From NCBI GenBank assembly GCA_963665325.3, contig OZ224045.1:1-64000 (forward strand): a stretch of 64,000 nucleotides of DNA, written 5' to 3'. The notes beneath the pieces are model-generated. The model was not told the origin of the DNA. It saw only the letters and a list, made by a program, of their open reading frames with translations, and ran no database searches. Below, piece by piece: positions 59,451 to 64,000 of this stretch. Source of the DNA: Alphaproteobacteria bacterium. Lineage in GTDB: Bacteria > Pseudomonadota > Alphaproteobacteria > Bin95. The translations under genes and the position numbers were made by a program. How positions within the stretch are numbered: position 1 is the stretch's first letter; each line of letters starts with the position of its first letter.

Positions 59451-61831
59451 ATATCCGCCGGCGCATTGCCCGGGTGCGCTGGCAAGCGCGCATGGCGTTG
59501 CTCGGCCAGGCGCTCTGGTCGGCGTTCTGGCCGGGCCAGATCATACTGGGGGGGTTCCTGCTGCTGGCGCTCAGCGATGCGCTGCCGCGGCTGGGCGGCT
59601 GGCCTCATTCGACTGTGCTTGCTGCGTTGGCCGTCGCGCTCGGCTGGACGGTCTGGCGGGCCTGGCGCCGGTTCCGGCTGCCGCCGGCGGAGGCTGCCGA
59701 CCGCCAGGTCGAAAGGGCCAGCGGCCTGCGGCACCGCCCGCTGACGAGCCTTGAGGACCGCCCGGCGACGACCGGATCGGCGAGTCAGGTCCTCTGGAGT
59801 GCGCATCTCCGCCGGATCGCCGGCCAGATTCGCCGTCTGCGGGCCGGTTGGCCTGCCGGCGTGATGCCGTCGCGCGACCCTTGGGCGTTGCGCATTCTGA
59901 CGCTGGTTTGCCTGGCGACGGCGTTCGGCATGGTCGGCGGCAACGCCGGGGACCGGCTTGCGCGAGCCCTGGTGCCGTCCTTCGCCGCCGCGAGTTCGGC
60001 ACCGGTCACCGTCGATATGTGGATCGAGCCGCCCGCCTATACCGGGTGGCCCACCCTGTTCGCCGGAGGCGGGGAGACAAGCTTCGAGGTCCCGGAGGGC
60101 AGCACCGTCCATGTCCGTGTCGCCGGCATTGGCGGTGCCGCCGTGCTGGTCGCGGGACCGGACCGCGCCGTTCTGGAGAGTTCGGGCGGCGTGGCGGAAG
60201 GCGGCGCGACGATCCGGATGGGAGGGCGCATCGCGGTGGTGGTCGAAGACCATGAACTGGTCGGTTGGCCAGCCACGGTGATACCCGACAGTCCACCTCA
60301 CGCCCGGTTCGACATGCCGCCCCGGGCGACTCAACGGCACGCCTTCCGCATCGACTATGGCGGCAGCGACGATTACGGGGTTGCGGCAATGCGCGTCGAA
60401 ACGGCCCCGATCGATGAGCCGGCTGCGGAGCCTCTGGTCCTGCCCTTGCCGGTGCTGGGCGAACCGGAGGCGCCCCGGGGCAACGCCTATTTCGATCTCA
60501 CCGCGCATATCTGGGCCGGCCGCGAAGTGACCGTGCAGGTGATTGCCGTGGATGGCGCCGGACAGGAGGGGGAAGGCCCTCCGCTACCGTTCGTACTGCC
60601 GGAACGGCCGTTCGAGCATCCCGTGGCGCGGGCAGTCGTCGAGGAGCGCAAGACGTTGCGGTGGAACGGCAGGGATGCCACTGCGGAAAGGTTGGACGGG
60701 ATTGCCGCTGGCACGGAGCTATACGACGGGGACCCGGCCGTGACGGTGGCCCTCGCGGTGGCGGCCGCGCGGCTCCGCCGGGCGGAGCGGGCCGAGCCCG
60801 CTCTGGCGAGTGTGCGGAGCCTGCTCTGGAAAACGGCGCTCCGGCTGGAGGAGGGCGGTCTGGCGCTTGCGGACCGGGAGCTTCGGGCATCCCAGGAAGC
60901 CATTATGCGCGCGCTTGAGGAAGGCGCGCCGGCGGAGGAGATCGACAGGCTTTTCGATGAGCTGCGCCGGTCGATCGACCGGCTGTTGCAGGAACTCGCC
61001 CTGAGGGCCGGGGAAACCGGCAACGAGACTGGGCCGGGTCCCGAGGGGCAAGGGCAGGACCGTCTGATCGACCGCGAGGGATTGCAACAGATGGTCGAGC
61101 GCATCCGCCGGCTTTGGGAGGCGGGTGCGCGGGACGAAGCGAGGGAAATGCTTTCGCAACTCCAGAACATTTTGGAGAACATCCGCCTGGCGCGCATGGG
61201 CGAAGGTCAGGCTGAGCGCCAGGCCGAAATGTTAAACAAGCTCAAGCAGCTGAGAGAGCTGGGGCGGGACCAGCAGCGCTTGCTCGACCGCACTTTCAGG
61301 CGCGGACGCCCGCCGCCGACGGGACCGCGCCAGGGGCCGCAGGGCAGTCGGCCGGGTGCAGAGAGCGGGTATCCGGACCTGCAGCAGGCACAGGAAGGGC
61401 TGCGCCGGCGCCTCGGAAACTATATGCGGCGTCTGGGGGCGGGTGCGGGCCGTGTGTCCGAGGAACTCGGCCGGGCGGACCGGTCGATGCGCGATGCCTC
61501 GGGCGCGCTCCGGTCGGGCAAACATGGCGAGGCGCTCGAAGCCCAGGGACAGGTCTTGCGCGACCTCCAGAAAGCAGGCGATGAAATGCTCCGGGACTTT
61601 GCGCGCGACGGCAGCGGGCACGGCGGCATTACCGGCGGCCAGTCGGAGTTCGATCCGCTCGGCCGTCGCGACGGCGGCTTCATGCCGGACGGCAGCGATG
61701 TCGTCTTGCCCGGGGAGGAGAGTTTCCAGCGCGCCCGCCATATCCGCGACGAATTGCGCCGGCGCGTCGGCGACGAAAACCGCCCGCCGCCGGAGCGCGA
61801 CTATATCGAAAGGCTGCTTCACAGGTTTTAG
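59447..61831 (+). CDS. DUF4175 / TIGR02302-family membrane-anchored coiled-coil protein
   Basis: LRHRPL, RDPWALR, WIEPPAYTG, SDDYGV, DLTAHIWAG, LPERPFEHPVARA, DPLGR, ERDYIERLL. Downstream of lysA. Confidence 0.88.
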   Translation: MNIRRRIARVRWQARMALLGQALWSAFWPGQIILGGFLLLALSDALPRLGGWPHSTVLAALAVALGWTVWRAWRRFRLPPAEAADRQVERASGLRHRPLTSLEDRPATTGSASQVLWSAHLRRIAGQIRRLRAGWPAGVMPSRDPWALRILTLVCLATAFGMVGGNAGDRLARALVPSFAAASSAPVTVDMWIEPPAYTGWPTLFAGGGETSFEVPEGSTVHVRVAGIGGAAVLVAGPDRAVLESSGGVAEGGATIRMGGRIAVVVEDHELVGWPATVIPDSPPHARFDMPPRATQRHAFRIDYGGSDDYGVAAMRVETAPIDEPAAEPLVLPLPVLGEPEAPRGNAYFDLTAHIWAGREVTVQVIAVDGAGQEGEGPPLPFVLPERPFEHPVARAVVEERKTLRWNGRDATAERLDGIAAGTELYDGDPAVTVALAVAAARLRRAERAEPALASVRSLLWKTALRLEEGGLALADRELRASQEAIMRALEEGAPAEEIDRLFDELRRSIDRLLQELALRAGETGNETGPGPEGQGQDRLIDREGLQQMVERIRRLWEAGARDEAREMLSQLQNILENIRLARMGEGQAERQAEMLNKLKQLRELGRDQQRLLDRTFRRGRPPPTGPRQGPQGSRPGAESGYPDLQQAQEGLRRRLGNYMRRLGAGAGRVSEELGRADRSMRDASGALRSGKHGEALEAQGQVLRDLQKAGDEMLRDFARDGSGHGGITGGQSEFDPLGRRDGGFMPDGSDVVLPGEESFQRARHIRDELRRRVGDENRPPPERDYIERLLHRF

Positions 61832-61895
61832 CGGCGCGACTGTCGGGCTAAGACTGCCCGGTCTCAACACACGAAGCATGGAAGGACTGGGACAC

Positions 61896-62813
61896 ATGTC
61901 CGACGGAGTATTGGAAGGCAAGGTTGTTCTTGTGACGGGGGCGGGCCGGGGCATCGGGCGCGAGGTCGCGGTGCTGGCGGCTCGCGAGGGCGCGCGGGTG
62001 GTCGTGAACGATCTCGGCGGCGATGTCGGCGGCGCGGGAGCGGATGCGACGCCGGCGCAGGAAACCGTCGCCATGATCGAGGGCGCGGGCGGTGAGGCGG
62101 TCGTCAACGGCGACAGCGTTGCCGACTACGAGGCGGCGGGCCGGATGGTAGGCCAGGCGGTGGAGACCTTCGGGCGCATCGACGGGGTCGTGAACGTGGC
62201 CGGCATCCTGCGCGACGTGATTTTCCACAAGATGAGCGAGGCGGACTGGGATTCGGTGATCTCGGTGCACCTCAAGGGCTCGTTCAATGTGGCGCGCAAT
62301 GCGGCGGACCATTTCCGGGCGCAGGAATCGGGCGCGATGGTGCATTTCACCTCGACCTCGGGGCTGATCGGCAATTTCGGCCAGGCGAACTATGCCGCGG
62401 CGAAGATGGGAATCGTGGGGCTGTCGAAGTCGATTGCGCTCGACATGCAGCGTTTCAATGTGCGCTCCAACTGCATGTCCCCCTTCGCCTGGACACGCAT
62501 GATCGGCACGATTCCGTCCAATACGCCGGAGCAGGAGGCGCGGCTCGCCAAGATCAAGCAGATGACGCCCGCCCAGATTGCGCCGATGGTGATCTACCTG
62601 CTCTCGGACCTCGCGAGCGGTGTCACCGGCCAGATTTTCGGTAGCCGCATGAACGAGCAGATCCTGTTCAATCAGAACCGCCCCGTGCGCTCCGTGCATC
62701 GCAGCGAAGGATGGACGCCCGCCGAAATCCACGAACACGCCATGCCGGCGTTGACGGCCGCGTTCACGCCCAACGAACGCTCGGGCGATGTCTTCAACTG
62801 GGACCCGATCTGA
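61896..62813 (+). CDS. Short-chain dehydrogenase (MFE-2 / 3-hydroxyacyl-CoA dehydrogenase-like)
   Basis: VTGAGRGIG, VVNDLGG, AGILRD, GNFGQANYAAAK. Confidence 0.92.
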   Translation: MSDGVLEGKVVLVTGAGRGIGREVAVLAAREGARVVVNDLGGDVGGAGADATPAQETVAMIEGAGGEAVVNGDSVADYEAAGRMVGQAVETFGRIDGVVNVAGILRDVIFHKMSEADWDSVISVHLKGSFNVARNAADHFRAQESGAMVHFTSTSGLIGNFGQANYAAAKMGIVGLSKSIALDMQRFNVRSNCMSPFAWTRMIGTIPSNTPEQEARLAKIKQMTPAQIAPMVIYLLSDLASGVTGQIFGSRMNEQILFNQNRPVRSVHRSEGWTPAEIHEHAMPALTAAFTPNERSGDVFNWDPI

Positions 62814-62819
62814 TCGGGC

Positions 62820-63767
62820 TTACCAATCCGGCCCCGGCCGCTGGAAGGCGGCCGCGGCCAGCCCGGCCAGAGCGGGCGCAGGGTGCGTAACCACGGCGCT
62901 CGGTATGGCCTGGAGAAACTCCCGAAACCGGCCCTTGTCCGCGAACCGGTCGAGATAGGCCGCACGGTCGAAGCACGGGCCGAGGCGGGGCAGTATCCCG
63001 CCGGAAAGATATACGCCTCCCCCGGCAGCGAAGACGAGCGCGAGATCGGAAGCTGCCGTCGCCAGAAAGCGGGTAAAATGCCGGACGGCCGCGACGGCAA
63101 GCGGTTCGCCGGCGGCGGCGCGCGCCGTAACCTCTTCGGGAGCGGGCGCGGGCTTCCGGTCCCCGGCGACGGCGCGGTAGAGCAGCGCCAGCCCCGCACC
63201 GGACACGATCCGCTCGACCGAGACATGGCCGAAGTCCTGGCGAATTCCGGCGAGCAGGACAGCTTCGGTTTCGTTCGCCGCTGCGAGCGTCATATGCCCG
63301 GCCTCGCCGCAAACCGCCCGCCAGCCGCCGCCGGGCTCCGGAAGCAGGGCGGCGGCGCCGAAACCGGTGCCGGGGCCGAGCACGATCTTCGGAGCGCCGG
63401 CGTCCGGCGCAAAGGTCTCGCCGACAGGTGAGAGGTCGCGGTCCCCGAGGAAGGGCAGGGAGAGCGCTTGCGCTTCGAAATCGTTGAAAAGGCGGACCCG
63501 TTCGACGCCAAGGGCTTCGGCTATGGATGCACCGTCGACGATCCAGTTGCGGTTGGTCATGACAGCACGGCCGCCGGTCACCGGCCCGGCCACCGCCACG
63601 GCGGCGCGTTCGACCCCGGTCTCGCCCAGATAGCTCCGCGCTGCGTCCTCGAACGACGGGTGGTCGTCGGCCGCCAGCACGGAAACGGCCTCGGGCGGCC
63701 CGCCGCCGCGGCTCAGGGCGAAACGGATATTCGTGCCGCCGAGGTCGCAGAGGAGCGCCAGCGTCAC
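62820..63767 (-). CDS. glk: Glucokinase
   Basis: DLGGTNIRF, AVAGPV, MTN, NDFEAQA, GPGTGFG, GEAGH, SVERIVSG, GGVYLSGGI. GTG start overlaps the upstream stop. Confidence 0.92.
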   Translation of the reverse strand: MTLALLCDLGGTNIRFALSRGGGPPEAVSVLAADDHPSFEDAARSYLGETGVERAAVAVAGPVTGGRAVMTNRNWIVDGASIAEALGVERVRLFNDFEAQALSLPFLGDRDLSPVGETFAPDAGAPKIVLGPGTGFGAAALLPEPGGGWRAVCGEAGHMTLAAANETEAVLLAGIRQDFGHVSVERIVSGAGLALLYRAVAGDRKPAPAPEEVTARAAAGEPLAVAAVRHFTRFLATAASDLALVFAAGGGVYLSGGILPRLGPCFDRAAYLDRFADKGRFREFLQAIPSAVVTHPAPALAGLAAAAFQRPGPDW

Positions 63768-64000
63768 GCGAACGGCGCCTCCGCAAGCCGCGAGACGAAG
63801 GTTTCCCTCCAACGGCCGACATCGTTGCGGCGAAGTGTCTCCATATTCGCTTCCCAACGCTCGACCCGCTCTTCCCGCGGCATGTCCAGCGCCTGCTGCA
63901 CGGCTTCGGCCACGCCCTCGGCGTCGTATGGATTGACGATCAGGGCGCCCGGTATGGAATGGGCCGCGCCGGCGAAGCGCGACAGGACGAGCACGCCCGG
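63764..64000 (-). CDS. otsA: Trehalose-6-phosphate synthase, C-terminal fragment (gene starts beyond the window)
   Basis: PGVLVLSRFAGAA...ALIVNPYD...AL.MP.EER, the GT20 C-terminus. Confidence 0.88.
   Translation of the reverse strand, partial: PGVLVLSRFAGAAHSIPGALIVNPYDAEGVAEAVQQALDMPREERVERWEANMETLRRNDVGRWRETFVSRLAEAPFA

Overview
High-GC (about 65-70% by eye) chromosomal window. Gene content and synteny (tRNA-Thr/murA/DUF2948/hisG/hisD/UPF0262, lipB/tRNA-Leu/mgtE, tlpA/argH/lysA/DUF4175, ccr) point to an alphaproteobacterium, probably Rhodospirillales-like. Most of it is housekeeping and acyl-CoA metabolism, with three tRNAs (Met, Leu, Thr). The main accessory feature is an AT-rich islet (~46.75-51.18 kb) downstream of pyrF. 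It holds a beta-class SPPY DNA methyltransferase and a restriction-endonuclease gene that only appears once an IS5-family element is removed at its CTAG target. The rebuilt 452-aa protein joins an AlwI/Nt.BstNBI-like recognition domain to a NucS/RecB-type nuclease domain. A second IS5 sits in the putative promoter. Other observations: a Chlamydia-type, Cys-to-Asp murA in the canonical alphaproteobacterial murA slot; an AT-rich synonymous-codon patch with a perfect DnaA box inside dnaE; a lipoprotein of two tandem alpha/beta-hydrolase modules, the second lacking the catalytic His; a 267-bp Y-shaped inverted-repeat element between cysK and cysE; a stand-alone IS630-type HTH gene with a structured leader and terminator; and a 2-hydroxyacyl-CoA lyase homologue. 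All family assignments come from motif recognition and recalled sequences; no searches were run.
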